DNA of 64,000 bases from Eubacteriales bacterium (lineage in GTDB: Bacteria > Bacillota > Clostridia > Oscillospirales > CAG-382): the NCBI GenBank assembly GCA_045604705.1, contig JAZUOO010000043.1:7597-71596 (forward strand), in the 5' to 3' direction. The position numbers were made by a program, and so were the translations under genes. Below the pieces are notes generated by a model. It was not told the DNA's origin and searched no databases. It saw nothing but the letters and a program-made list of their open reading frames with translations. Of the stretch, positions 16,745 through 27,181 are shown piece by piece; the first letter of the stretch is position 1, and every line of letters begins with the position of its first letter.

Positions 16745-18274
16745 TTAGTTAGTATCAATTGCTTTATTTTGTTCTTTTTTGGGATTTCTGATAAGTTGTT
16801 TATGAAGTCCGAGAGCAATTACGGCGGCAATATATACTATACCGCAAATCAAAATTGGAATCATAAAGGCTGGGGATGTGGAACTTACCAAATCGGGCAT
16901 AAAGAACTTCAATACAAAGTAAACAGCAACCGCTGCTGCACCGGAGATGAAAATTTTGATTATATTCTTTATTACTTCCTTTGACAGATAGTTACCGATA
17001 ATCTTTTTCAGCATTACAAATGCAGCAATTGCGTAGATTGTTAGAAGAATTGTTGTAATAAGCGAAGCAGTGAATGTACCGTTGATCGAGTCGCTTACAA
17101 AAACTACATTTAAAGTTAGCTTTGCACCGACAACCAAAACAGTTCCGATTATAGTAAACAAATATTTTGAAGCAAGGTACATTACCTTATTTATAAGTTC
17201 CTGTGCAAGATAACCCAGAATACCGAAACTGTAAATAACAAAAGCAGCAGCGGTAGCAATTGTTGAGGAATGCGTAAATTCTCCGCGTTCATAAACAAGA
17301 CCTATGATTTGCTCTCCGAAAAGGGTAACTACAAGCAGGAACGGAACAAAAACCGCAAACATTACAGTAAAAATATATCCGATAAGATTCCGAACATAAT
17401 CCACATTACCTTCTTCGTAATTTTTTGAGATTGCAGGGAAAACCACCGAGGACATCGCCACAACGAATACACTTGAAATTGTAACAAATAAATTGGAAGC
17501 GTAGTTAAGAGTGGAAGTCATTCCCGGATCACCGGAAACAGAGGCTTTATCTATCATGAAGCACAGTTGGAACATCATATTGGAGATGAATATCCACCAT
17601 ATGCTCATATTGATATTCTGCTTTTTCTTTGTAAGGTGGCCTGTACCGCTGTAAATAAGACAATAGCCTTTTTTGTGGAAGTCGGGAAGCTGAATAACAA
17701 TGTGAAGAAACCAACCGAAGGTTGTAGCGATACCTATCTGTGTTATAGTAACCCCCGGAATAAACAGTGAAGCGATTATTATAATGTTGTAGGGTAAACT
17801 GACAATTGAGGGAATAAAGAATACTCTGCTGTTTTGAAGTACGCCGGAAATAATGTAAGCAACGGTTACAAAAACAAGAGAAGGAAGCATAATATAAGTC
17901 AGCCTTACGGCAGTTTCAAAGTCAGCCCCCTGAACCTCCGGTAGCAGCAGCCTTGTGAATGGGCGAGCCAGAATATAAAGTAGCGCACTCACGCCTATAA
18001 GACACAAAACTGTTTTTCCGATAAATGAAGAAACATATGCCTTTTTACGTTCCGGCAAAGAGTTTTCTTCTTTATTCAGGTTCATTATGACCTGTGTCTG
18101 CAAAGCAATCCCGATACCGGTGAAAATCAAAGTTACAACACTGAAAATCTGGAAATATATATCGGAGGTAACATTTGTTCCATATTGATGAGCAAAGAAT
18201 ATATCGCGTGAAAAACCGATAATCTTAGCAACAACAATACCGAGTACGACCGTTATATAAGTTTTACTGTTCAT
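16745..18274 (-). CDS. murJ: lipid II / polysaccharide flippase of the MurJ (MviN) family
   Basis: GGAAAGGATAGG RBS precedes ATG 18274 (Met19 of the listed ORF). N-terminal FSRDIFFAHQYGT and 14-TM MOP-superfamily look. Confidence 0.85.
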   Translation of the reverse strand: MNSKTYITVVLGIVVAKIIGFSRDIFFAHQYGTNVTSDIYFQIFSVVTLIFTGIGIALQTQVIMNLNKEENSLPERKKAYVSSFIGKTVLCLIGVSALLYILARPFTRLLLPEVQGADFETAVRLTYIMLPSLVFVTVAYIISGVLQNSRVFFIPSIVSLPYNIIIIASLFIPGVTITQIGIATTFGWFLHIVIQLPDFHKKGYCLIYSGTGHLTKKKQNINMSIWWIFISNMMFQLCFMIDKASVSGDPGMTSTLNYASNLFVTISSVFVVAMSSVVFPAISKNYEEGNVDYVRNLIGYIFTVMFAVFVPFLLVVTLFGEQIIGLVYERGEFTHSSTIATAAAFVIYSFGILGYLAQELINKVMYLASKYLFTIIGTVLVVGAKLTLNVVFVSDSINGTFTASLITTILLTIYAIAAFVMLKKIIGNYLSKEVIKNIIKIFISGAAAVAVYFVLKFFMPDLVSSTSPAFMIPILICGIVYIAAVIALGLHKQLIRNPKKEQNKAIDTN

Positions 18275-18575
18275 TAAACCTATCCTTTCCAACGCCAAAG
18301 TGCGGCAATATAAATTATTTTCTTGCATTAAATATGTCTATCTGGATTATTATACTACACATTCATGAGTATTTCAAGTCTTTAAAATACATTTTTTATT
18401 AAAAACATATATTTTTATAATGGCCTCATGAATGTCTGAAATAGCAAGACAAGACCGGTCATTAAAAACATGATTATGTAAGTTTTCTTGCGTTTTTGCA
18501 AGTTTACTTTTGATGATAAAAGTCAAAAATAAGTTAAAAAATAAAGGAATCAAGCTATTGCTCAATCCCTCAAAA

Positions 18576-18662
18576 TGGTGCCGGTGGTGGGACTCGAACC
18601 CACACGATGTCGCCACCAACGGATTTTGAGTCCGTCACGTCTACCAATTCCATCACACCGGC
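18576..18662 (-). tRNA. tRNA-Leu (anticodon CAA)
   Basis: The reverse complement GCCGGTG..ACGGACTCAAAATCCGT..long variable arm..TGGGTTCGAGTCCCACCACCGGCACCA folds as a class II tRNA with encoded CCA. A G-U-rich hairpin + T-run follows at about 18543-18570. Confidence 0.9.
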
Positions 18663-18699
18663 AAAAATTAATGTTGTTACTTACTTTCACAACATTGGT

Positions 18700-18728
18700 A
18701 TTGTACCATATATTTTTCTTTTAATCAA
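18700..18728 (-). promoter_or_regulatory. sigma-A type promoter for tRNA-Leu
   Basis: On the minus strand: TTGATT - 17 nt - TACAAT, about 35 nt upstream of the mature tRNA 5' end. Confidence 0.5.
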
Positions 18729-19075
18729 GTGGTATCATTTGGTGTTTTAAAAAAATTAACATTTACAAAAGATGGTTTTTGGTGAAAACTAAAATTCAGT
18801 ACCGGTGAGAATCCGTGATTTTATAAGAATATCCATGTTCTTAAAAATTTTCCGTAGACCTGATTTCAGGCTGCGGATTAATTACATATCTGTTTTTTTA
18901 TAATGGTGACAATTTTGCTGATTTGCAATATGCAAAACGGCAGGCAGTTCATTGCTTGCGAATATCGCATTTTATTGGGCTTCCAACTTATTTGTAATTA
19001 ACAAAATATACTTGAATATATAATACATTTGTGGCAAAATAAAATCAAAATAATATTTAAAAAAGGGGAGGTAAC

Positions 19076-19939
19076 TTGATAAAAAAACTTGACTATTATT
19101 ATTATTTGAGCGATGAGAAGATTGCAATTCAGTGTGCGGTTGGTGACGCAGACGGTATGCACGGACATGATTTTCTTGAACTTGCATACATAAAAAGCGG
19201 AAACGCCCGTCACTATTTTGAAAACTCCAGGGCAGACGTAAAAGAGGGAGATTATTTTATTATTGATTACGGTGTCAATCACTCCTATCATTCACTTGAT
19301 GAAAAGGAAAAAGTAACGGTAATAAATTGTCTTTTTAAGCCGGGCTTTATAGATAAGACCATTGCCGCCAGCTGTGACAGCTTCAATACTCTTCTCGGAA
19401 GCTACATGATAAGAGCCTCGGGAAACGCAAACAACGCCAAGATGGCAAATATCATTTTTCATGACGATACGGGAGAGATTGGTACACTTCTTTCAAAGAT
19501 GGACGAAGAATACCGCAATAAAAACCCAGGTTATCTTGAAATTCTAAGATGCTCTCTCATTGAAATAATAATCCTAACAATGCGAAAAATGGACACCGAA
19601 AGAAACTTTGAGCTTGGAGATTCTACCTGTGAGCAGATAAAACATTATGTCAATGAAAACTATATGAAAAACATTAGTCTGTCCGATATAAGCCGAAAGT
19701 TGAATTTCAGTCTCCCGTACCTCTCAAGACTTTTCAGCTGTAAGGCAGGAATCTGCTTCTCTGACTATCTCCAAAATGTCAGAATAGAGCAAAGTCTTAA
19801 AATTCTCGCGAACACCAACGCAAAGCTTTTTGAGGTAGCACAGCTTGTCGGATACAGCGACATAAAGTTCTTTACCAAGATATTCAAAAAGAAAATGAAT
19901 ATGACCCCGGGAAAGTACAGAAAGCTCATGCATGAATGA
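19076..19939 (+). CDS. AraC family transcriptional regulator (cupin sensor + HTH)
   Basis: GGGGAGG RBS + TTG start. C-terminal double HTH LSDISRKLNFSLPYLSRLF...VAQLVGYSDIKFFTKIFKKKMNMTPGKYRK. Confidence 0.85.
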   Translation: MIKKLDYYYYLSDEKIAIQCAVGDADGMHGHDFLELAYIKSGNARHYFENSRADVKEGDYFIIDYGVNHSYHSLDEKEKVTVINCLFKPGFIDKTIAASCDSFNTLLGSYMIRASGNANNAKMANIIFHDDTGEIGTLLSKMDEEYRNKNPGYLEILRCSLIEIIILTMRKMDTERNFELGDSTCEQIKHYVNENYMKNISLSDISRKLNFSLPYLSRLFSCKAGICFSDYLQNVRIEQSLKILANTNAKLFEVAQLVGYSDIKFFTKIFKKKMNMTPGKYRKLMHE

Positions 19940-20044
19940 TTTACAGTATGAAAAATAAATTATTCGTTAGAAAAAGAGATTGTAAAAAGCATTACCGAAT
20001 ATGGTAATATAATTGCAGATAAGATTCTGCGGAAAGGATGTAAT

Positions 20045-21961
20045 ATGCCGCCTCCACATGAAAAAACGGGAAATAATAAAATACTGAAGCCAAAATCAAT
20101 TAAGGAGGTCCCGGGCTATCTTGTAAAGCTACTCGGAGATTTCTTCGGACACTTATTTTACATAATCAAGCTGGTATGGGAAACAAGTCCGTGGATTCTC
20201 ATAGTTATGATGCTTTTTGCACTTTTAAACGGCGTAATACCTGCTGCCAACTCGATTGTAGGAGCAAGCGTCCTCAATACCCTTGCAGGGGTAATAACGG
20301 GGGAAACGACAACATTTCAACCGGTAATTTATCTGCTTGTGATACAATTTACGCTTATTTTCCTCGGTGGTATCATAGGGCACATTGAGGGAATTGTTGT
20401 AAATATTGCAGGAGAGCTTGTTTCAAACCATATAAAGACTAAAATAATGGTAAAAGCTAAGGACATAGATATTTCGGATTTCGACAGACCGTCCTTTTAC
20501 GAAAAACTTGAAAATGCGAGCAGGGAAGCAGGTTCAAGACCGATTAGCATTCTTCGGTCAGCCTTTGAGCTTATAAGCAGTGTGATCAGTATCGCAATCT
20601 TTATTGTGGTGCTTTCGGCAATACACCCACTGGCTTCAATTGTCGTCTTTGCTCTTGCCATCCCGAGTGGTATAATCAGCTTCATCTACAGAAGACGTAA
20701 CTTTAGATATATCCGCGGACACTCCAAGGAAAGACGTCAACTTAACTATTATTCGGGGATCATGACTGACAAAAATATAGTTAAGGAAGTAAAGATCTTC
20801 GGACTTTCCGGAATGTTCATTGACAGATACAAAAAAGTATTCAAGGGATATTTCAGGGGACTAAAAAAGCTTTTTGTCAGCGAGGGAGCATGGAATGTGA
20901 GTGTTTCGCTTCTTTCGGCTGCGGTAAACTGCGTGCTGTTCCTGTACATTGCATACGGTGTATTTAAGGGTAATTTCCTTATAGGTGATTATTCCCTTTA
21001 TACCGGTGCACTTAATTCCGTAGCAAACGGAGCAACAAGACTTATAAGAATAGTCGTTGTGATATACGAGGGAACACTCTTTATAGACAACCTTATAGAC
21101 TTTATGAAACATAAGCGCAGCATTGAGCCGACCGAAAACAAGGGTGTTGACGTTGAAAAGGGGATACCTCACACAATAGAATTTGTCAATGTAAGCTTCG
21201 CATATCCCGACTCCGACAAAAAGGTTCTTGACAATATAAATATAAAAATCTGTGGCGGAGAATCTGTAGTGCTTGTAGGACTTAACGGGGCAGGAAAAAC
21301 CACACTTATTAAGCTTATAACAAGACTTTATGACCCAACAGAGGGAACAATTCTCTTAGACGGCAAGGACATCCGTGAATATAACGTTGAGCAGTTGTAC
21401 TCGCTTTTTGGAATAATTTTCCAGGATTTTGGTAAATACGCTTTGTCAACCTCAGAAAACATAACAATCGGTGACATTGACAAAGAGTACAGCAAAGACG
21501 ATGTAGTGAATGCTGCCCAAATGAGCAGTGCAGACGGATTTATTGATAATCTCCCCGACGGCTATGATACGCCCCTTACAAGAGTATTCGAGGAAAACGG
21601 AACCGAGCTTTCCATAGGTCAGTGGCAGAAGCTTTCCGTTGCAAGAGCCTTTTATGGCAAAAACGACATTCTTATACTTGATGAGCCTACGGCATCTCTT
21701 GACGCTATTGCCGAGCAGGAGATATACTCAAAGTTCGATGAACTGCGTAAAGGAAAGACCGCAATATTTGTTTCTCACAGGCTTTCCAGTGCCGCAACAG
21801 CAGACAAGATAATAGTCATTGACGCGGGACGTGTCTCGGAAGTGGGAAATCACAAAAAGCTCATGCAGAAAAAAGGCACATATTACGAACTGTTTTCGAC
21901 TCAGGCAAAACGCTATATTGAGTCCGAGGAAGATATAAAAGAAAGTAAAGATAACAGATAA
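20045..21961 (+). CDS. ABC exporter, fused permease/ATPase half-transporter
   Basis: 6-TM N-terminal half. Walker A GLNGAGKTT, signature LSIGQWQK, Walker B ILILDEPT. Confidence 0.9.
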   Translation: MPPPHEKTGNNKILKPKSIKEVPGYLVKLLGDFFGHLFYIIKLVWETSPWILIVMMLFALLNGVIPAANSIVGASVLNTLAGVITGETTTFQPVIYLLVIQFTLIFLGGIIGHIEGIVVNIAGELVSNHIKTKIMVKAKDIDISDFDRPSFYEKLENASREAGSRPISILRSAFELISSVISIAIFIVVLSAIHPLASIVVFALAIPSGIISFIYRRRNFRYIRGHSKERRQLNYYSGIMTDKNIVKEVKIFGLSGMFIDRYKKVFKGYFRGLKKLFVSEGAWNVSVSLLSAAVNCVLFLYIAYGVFKGNFLIGDYSLYTGALNSVANGATRLIRIVVVIYEGTLFIDNLIDFMKHKRSIEPTENKGVDVEKGIPHTIEFVNVSFAYPDSDKKVLDNINIKICGGESVVLVGLNGAGKTTLIKLITRLYDPTEGTILLDGKDIREYNVEQLYSLFGIIFQDFGKYALSTSENITIGDIDKEYSKDDVVNAAQMSSADGFIDNLPDGYDTPLTRVFEENGTELSIGQWQKLSVARAFYGKNDILILDEPTASLDAIAEQEIYSKFDELRKGKTAIFVSHRLSSAATADKIIVIDAGRVSEVGNHKKLMQKKGTYYELFSTQAKRYIESEEDIKESKDNR

Positions 21962-22157
21962 AAACAACGAAACTCAGACCTTTTGCAATAACCCTCATAA
22001 GTACCTTCACTCGTTGTTTTGTTTGGTATATAGATAAAATTCAACTCATTCAAATATCATTTCATAAAACCTCTTGCAAAATGGGGAAATATAGTGTATA
22101 ATAATACCAACACCGAAGGAATCGGAGTCAATTCAAACATCTGAAAGGAAAAGTATT

Positions 22158-23207
22158 ATGCTCAAAATCACCAAAACTCTTTTTGACAAGCTACCTGACG
22201 GCAAGCCCGTATATGCTTATACCATGGCAACAGACTATGTGACAGCAAAAATTCTCACCTACGGCGGTATTATTCAGAGTCTTATAGTTGACGGCAAGGA
22301 CGTTGTATGTGGCTATGATGATATAAACAGCTATCTCTGCAGCAGCGGTTACCACGGTGCACTTATAGGAAGATATGCAAACAGAATTGCAGGTGGCAAG
22401 TTCACTCTCGATGGAATCGAATATATCCTTGCAAAGAACGAGCAGGACAGAACCCACCTCCACGGTGGAATCGTTGGTTTTGACAAGAAAATCTGGAAAG
22501 TTGCGCAAGCCAAGGCGGACGAAAAGAAAGTAACTCTCGCTCTTGAGCTTTTTAGTCCGGATATGGAAGAAGGCTACCCCGGAAATCTCAATGTCACAGT
22601 AACATACAACCTGTCCGGCAAAGATTTTTCCATAAGATACGAAGCTGTAAGTGACAAGAATACCGTTCTCAATCTTACAAACCACGCATACTTCAACATG
22701 AACGGCTACGACAGTAAGGACAGCGTTGAAACTCAGACTCTCGGTATTTTCGCTGATACATTTACGGAAATTGACAGCACTCTTATTCCTACGGGTGATG
22801 TTTCCGTTGAGGGAACAGCCTTTGACTTTAGAACTCCCAAGCTCATCGGAAAGGACATCGCCAACGATGAGCCTCAGATAAATGTTGCTTCCGGCTATGA
22901 TCACAATTTCAATTTCTCCGGTGAAGATTATATTACTTATATGGGTAAAAAGCTCCGTTATGGTGCAGTTATGTCAGGCGATACTCTCACAATGCACCTT
23001 TATACAAATAAACCTGCAGTTCAGTTCTATGTAGGTCAAGGTATAACGGTTGACGATTATCCTTTCAAGAATAATGTGCCCAAGTCCCGCTGCAGAGGTA
23101 TGTGCCTTGAAACTCAGTTCAAGCCGGATAGCCCCAATCATGGTGGAGCGCAGCTAGCTGCAGGAGAAAAGTACGATTACACAACACTTTTCAGATTTGA
23201 ATATTAA
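22158..23207 (+). CDS. galM: aldose 1-epimerase (galactose mutarotase)
   Basis: Motifs GRYANRIAGGKF, HLHGG, NLTNHAYFN and LETQ..PDSPNH. Confidence 0.9.
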   Translation: MLKITKTLFDKLPDGKPVYAYTMATDYVTAKILTYGGIIQSLIVDGKDVVCGYDDINSYLCSSGYHGALIGRYANRIAGGKFTLDGIEYILAKNEQDRTHLHGGIVGFDKKIWKVAQAKADEKKVTLALELFSPDMEEGYPGNLNVTVTYNLSGKDFSIRYEAVSDKNTVLNLTNHAYFNMNGYDSKDSVETQTLGIFADTFTEIDSTLIPTGDVSVEGTAFDFRTPKLIGKDIANDEPQINVASGYDHNFNFSGEDYITYMGKKLRYGAVMSGDTLTMHLYTNKPAVQFYVGQGITVDDYPFKNNVPKSRCRGMCLETQFKPDSPNHGGAQLAAGEKYDYTTLFRFEY

Positions 23208-23264
23208 TGTAATATAATAAATTATGCACGTCATTCCGATTATCTTGGTTTGACGTGCTTTTCT

Positions 23265-24353
23265 TTAAAAAATTTGCTTTATAAGATTTTCCGTCATCTC
23301 GTTAACAATAGAAAAATCTGTAATATCATAATAGTATTTTTCAATTTCATCATGTATATTTGCTGCAATTGAAAGCTGTTTCGTGGCACCGTTCATAAGA
23401 ATTTTCTCGGCTTTATCTGCGTATTTATAAAATACTTTATTACGTTTGAATTTCTCTGAGTCGCAAAATCTTGCTGTGTTTATAATTTTATAAGGTATTT
23501 GCTTTTTATCAAGTGCAAGACAAAAATCATCGTCATACATCGTAAAGGATATTTTACTGTCCGGTATCCAAATTCCTTTATACTGTCCCGGATAAAGCGG
23601 ATCAAGTGCTACTGTAATGTCAACTCCTCTGCTGAGCAGATTATCGGTAAGACAGTCGAAGAATATCGGTGCAATATCTGCATAATCACGGATAAAATAA
23701 CGAGTTGTGGCAAGTCGTTCAAAAGTATCAAGATGAATATTTCCGTATCCGCTGATACAGTCTGTAAATACCTCTGTAATACTTGATTTTGATTTTGTAA
23801 ACTTCAACTTTGAGCAGATCCTCTCAACCGCCCGTGACAGCTTATCTTCAAGAATGTATGAGGAAAGACAGTTCATCTTAACCTCTCTTGCACTCATGCA
23901 TGAAGAGAGATAGGCATAAGCCCTTTTATATGCGGCACTTTTTTTTGCTGTAAGTTCACGTATACCTGAATTTATACCCTTTGCTTTTTCAAGATTCCAG
24001 GCATTCCCGAGATTAACTATATTCTCACACACCCCCGGATATTTCGGATCAGCCGTGTGAGGTGCAGTACCGTCAAGCACGCCTGTTGAAAGTTCGGGAA
24101 TTATAACACCGTCAAATGAGGTCGGACTTGAAGAACAGTAATAATTCTCCACATCACACCCCATGTTTTGTGCATATTCGGATATTTTGCGTATCGCAGT
24201 GCTTTTACCACATCCCGGACCACCCTTCAGAATATATATGTTTTTTAATTTTTCCGGCGAAAAAATACTGCCAAAAAGTGAGTGGAATCCTTTATATGTG
24301 TTTGCTGCTCCGTAGAACTCTTTTACCGTAGAATCGAGTGGGGTTTGTTTCAT
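23265..24353 (-). CDS. conserved uncharacterised P-loop ATPase (PRK06851-like family of Firmicutes)
   Basis: ACGGAGG RBS precedes ATG 24353 (Met9 of the listed ORF). ..ANTYKGFHSLFGSIF...IYILKGGPGCGKST resembles the conserved hypothetical ATPase family I recall as PRK06851. Confidence 0.75.
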   Translation of the reverse strand: MKQTPLDSTVKEFYGAANTYKGFHSLFGSIFSPEKLKNIYILKGGPGCGKSTAIRKISEYAQNMGCDVENYYCSSSPTSFDGVIIPELSTGVLDGTAPHTADPKYPGVCENIVNLGNAWNLEKAKGINSGIRELTAKKSAAYKRAYAYLSSCMSAREVKMNCLSSYILEDKLSRAVERICSKLKFTKSKSSITEVFTDCISGYGNIHLDTFERLATTRYFIRDYADIAPIFFDCLTDNLLSRGVDITVALDPLYPGQYKGIWIPDSKISFTMYDDDFCLALDKKQIPYKIINTARFCDSEKFKRNKVFYKYADKAEKILMNGATKQLSIAANIHDEIEKYYYDITDFSIVNEMTENLIKQIF

Positions 24354-24520
24354 AACTGCCTCCGTAAACATATTCATAAGTAAGATAGATGGTTGTATAA
24401 CCGTTTAATACCGAAGTATATACTATATTTTATGAAAAAAGTCCGGTTTTGACATTATGAAATGAATATTTATAAACCAAAAGGAGCGTACCGAAGTACA
24501 CCCCTAAAAACAATATATAT

Positions 24521-25168
24521 TTAGTCCTTTACATTGGAAATAAGCCAGTCAACAAGCTCGCTTCCGGTATATGCAAGATCCCATGAATTGTGACCTATCT
24601 TGCCGTAAAGAGTAATTGTAGCCTTACCGCCCGCACGGTTAACAGCCTTTACCATTTCAATGGAACGCTTAACAGGAACAGTAGGGTCAAGAACACCGTG
24701 GAATGCTTTTATTGGAACATCCTTGAGAATCGGAGCTCTCCACTCCATACCTCCACCACAGATTGGAGCCATGGCAGAGAAATAATTCGGGTAGGTAATA
24801 CCCATTACCCAAGTACCGAAGCCGCCCATTGAAAGACCGGTTATCGAAATTCTCTTTTTGTCTGCACCATATTCATCTGCAACAAGCTCGATAAGCTCCA
24901 TAAGCTCTTCAACATAGTTGTCCCAAACTCTGTCGGCAGGACATTGAGGGGAGAGAACAATAAATCCTCTGGGAGTGTGTTTTTCGTAGGTTTTTGCAAG
25001 ACCGTGAACCTTTACCTTTTCAACATCATTTCCTCGCTCACCTGCACCGTGAAGAAAAACAATCATGGGAAGTCGGTCTTCCTTATTGTGGCTTTCGGGA
25101 AGTGCAACAAGATAGTTCATTGAAATCGAGGGCTTCAGTTTACTGTTAAATACAAACGCCTTATTCAT
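24521..25168 (-). CDS. alpha/beta hydrolase (carboxylesterase / PHB-depolymerase-type esterase family)
   Basis: AAAGGAG RBS. LHGAGERG, nucleophile elbow GLSMGG, C-terminal His (GHNSW). A G-U hairpin terminator lies downstream at about 24487-24515. Confidence 0.8.
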   Translation of the reverse strand: MNKAFVFNSKLKPSISMNYLVALPESHNKEDRLPMIVFLHGAGERGNDVEKVKVHGLAKTYEKHTPRGFIVLSPQCPADRVWDNYVEELMELIELVADEYGADKKRISITGLSMGGFGTWVMGITYPNYFSAMAPICGGGMEWRAPILKDVPIKAFHGVLDPTVPVKRSIEMVKAVNRAGGKATITLYGKIGHNSWDLAYTGSELVDWLISNVKD

Positions 25169-25468
25169 TATTTTAACTCCTTTCGGGATGTTATTCGTTT
25201 TAATATAATATTACACCCTTATTATACAATAAATCAAAACATATTTCAATGGTACTTTTTTATTAAAATAAACTGCATAATTCACGTTATTTTGTAAATC
25301 TTTATTAAATCCTGTATTTGCTTGGAGAATACCGGAAGTGCTCTTTAAATATTTTGCTGAAGTAGTGAGATTTAATCTCAAAATATGACGAACTGAATTC
25401 AACAGTAAAGGAATTTAAATAGAAAAAGCAGCGTATCGAGTACAAATAGTGTCGGTACGCTGAATATT

Positions 25469-27181
25469 TTATTCATTTTCAGGAATGTAACTCACAAGAT
25501 ATTCTTCAAGAGTTAGTCCCTGTGTCATTATCTTCTGTGCATGATCTCTGCCAACAAACCTGAAGTGCCACGGTTCATATTTTACACCGGTAACGGCTTC
25601 TTTACTCTGAGGATATCTGAGTATAAAACCGAAGTCTGCACAATGTTCAATAAGCCATTTATATTCCCGTGAAGTTGCAAAGGTTTGCATAGGAGCTGAA
25701 AGATTATGTATATCTACCGCAAGACCACTTTGATGATCGCTTGCACCCGGGAAAATAACAGTTTCTGAGGTAATCTTTTCAGCTTCGGATTTATCGTATT
25801 TCTGCATATTTATACTAAGCTTTTGGTTGTAAAGACTACTTTGATAGGAGTAGCTTCTGTAACCTGTGTTGACCGCTAAGTCACCGTAACCCGCCGCCTC
25901 TGCAGCCTGAAGCATCGCCGCAAGGGCCATGGAAGCGTCAAAGCAGATCTGTTGAACAGGGCGTGATTCGTTGGTTTTGACATTTGTAAGCTCTTGTGGA
26001 ACATAATCCTCTGAAAGCTTGTTCGAGTTGTTTACAAGAATCAGATACTTATCCCTATCAGCGGGATTGATATACTTTTCATAAGAAGAAACATCAATGG
26101 TATAAGTATGAATTGACTGAGAATCGGAAATGAAATCGGAATATTCGGGGGTATCAATGGAAAGATTGGAAGAACCTCCGAAATAAATCTTTGGTGATGT
26201 TTTGGTTATTAAAATCTCGGTAAGTTTTCCGTCGGTACTTTTATTAATTGTTATACCGCGCACATAAGATTCAATGAACTCATAGGGAAAGTAAAATTCA
26301 TTATCTGCCATAAAGGATGTTCCCTGCAGAACCTGTATCGAACCATTCACTCTTATTTCATTTGAATCAAAGTTGAAATGCGCCGTATTGTATCCTGTAT
26401 ACTCGGAGGTCGGACTTCCTGCCGTAAGTGATCTTGAGTTGTTGTTTCCGGCAACGGATAAACCGAAATAATCCTTAACAGCTGAGAATGGTATATATGC
26501 TACCGAATTTCTGACAATGATATGCTCACCGAGATCAAGTGACGGTATTTCTTCTCCTGTTTTTCTCGCCTCTATTTTTTTAAGGTTGGATTCGCTTGTA
26601 TCCGCTGCATCAATATATTCAAATCCTTTAATGTAAAACTTTTCGGAGCTGTCGGAATATTTTGTAATTGAACGATAATAGAAAAACAGTATCAGAATAC
26701 CAATAAAAACAAAAAGTAGTAATCCGGTTAAAACAGCTCTTGAAGCTGCAGTAAGCTTTTCCTTGAATCGTCTCATTGATTTTTTTCGAAGTTCTTTTTT
26801 TACGAATTCAGTTTTCTTAATTTCCGAAGCAAGTCTTGAACTTAGCACTTTTTCTTTCTGTGCAAGCTCCTTGTCTTCGGACATTTCAACGTGTGTTTTT
26901 CCCGCAGAAGGATTATCATGCTGTCTATATGGTCTCTTGTGTGATTTGTTCATGATGGATGGAGCAGATGCAGAGCAGGTCTTAGGACCTATTCCCGAAC
27001 CTTTAACGGTACTTTCCTGTCTTGTTGCACCGTTCAAATATCTTGCAGCAGAAGTTACGGGTCTTGTGGGGGTGGGCGAAGCCTTTGGTGCAAGCATATT
27101 TGCAGATGAGTCGGTTGTACTTCTGAAGTGAACTCCTTTTCTGGATGGAATTTCGCCTGATTTATTATTTCCGGGATTCAT
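25469..27181 (-). CDS. membrane-anchored D-alanyl-D-alanine carboxypeptidase, VanY/M15B family
   Basis: AAAGGAG RBS precedes ATG 27181. C-terminal SDHQSGLAVDI and EPWHFRFVG zinc-peptidase motifs. A ~150-aa Ser/Thr/Pro/Lys-rich N-terminus, then one TM. Confidence 0.85.
   Translation of the reverse strand: MNPGNNKSGEIPSRKGVHFRSTTDSSANMLAPKASPTPTRPVTSAARYLNGATRQESTVKGSGIGPKTCSASAPSIMNKSHKRPYRQHDNPSAGKTHVEMSEDKELAQKEKVLSSRLASEIKKTEFVKKELRKKSMRRFKEKLTAASRAVLTGLLLFVFIGILILFFYYRSITKYSDSSEKFYIKGFEYIDAADTSESNLKKIEARKTGEEIPSLDLGEHIIVRNSVAYIPFSAVKDYFGLSVAGNNNSRSLTAGSPTSEYTGYNTAHFNFDSNEIRVNGSIQVLQGTSFMADNEFYFPYEFIESYVRGITINKSTDGKLTEILITKTSPKIYFGGSSNLSIDTPEYSDFISDSQSIHTYTIDVSSYEKYINPADRDKYLILVNNSNKLSEDYVPQELTNVKTNESRPVQQICFDASMALAAMLQAAEAAGYGDLAVNTGYRSYSYQSSLYNQKLSINMQKYDKSEAEKITSETVIFPGASDHQSGLAVDIHNLSAPMQTFATSREYKWLIEHCADFGFILRYPQSKEAVTGVKYEPWHFRFVGRDHAQKIMTQGLTLEEYLVSYIPENE

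Noticed and set aside
18670-18696. 8-bp hairpin AATGTTGT/ACAACATT + T-run between the tRNA-Leu promoter and the mature tRNA 5' end
   Set aside because: The predicted transcription start falls inside the 5' arm, so the hairpin would not form in the transcript. The A/U-rich stem is weak. It may simply be leader sequence removed by RNase P.
22191-22904. 237-aa ORF antisense to galM
   Set aside because: It lies entirely inside a well-supported gene on the opposite strand. It has no RBS and a Cys/Val/Ile-rich antisense-type composition. It looks like a shadow ORF.
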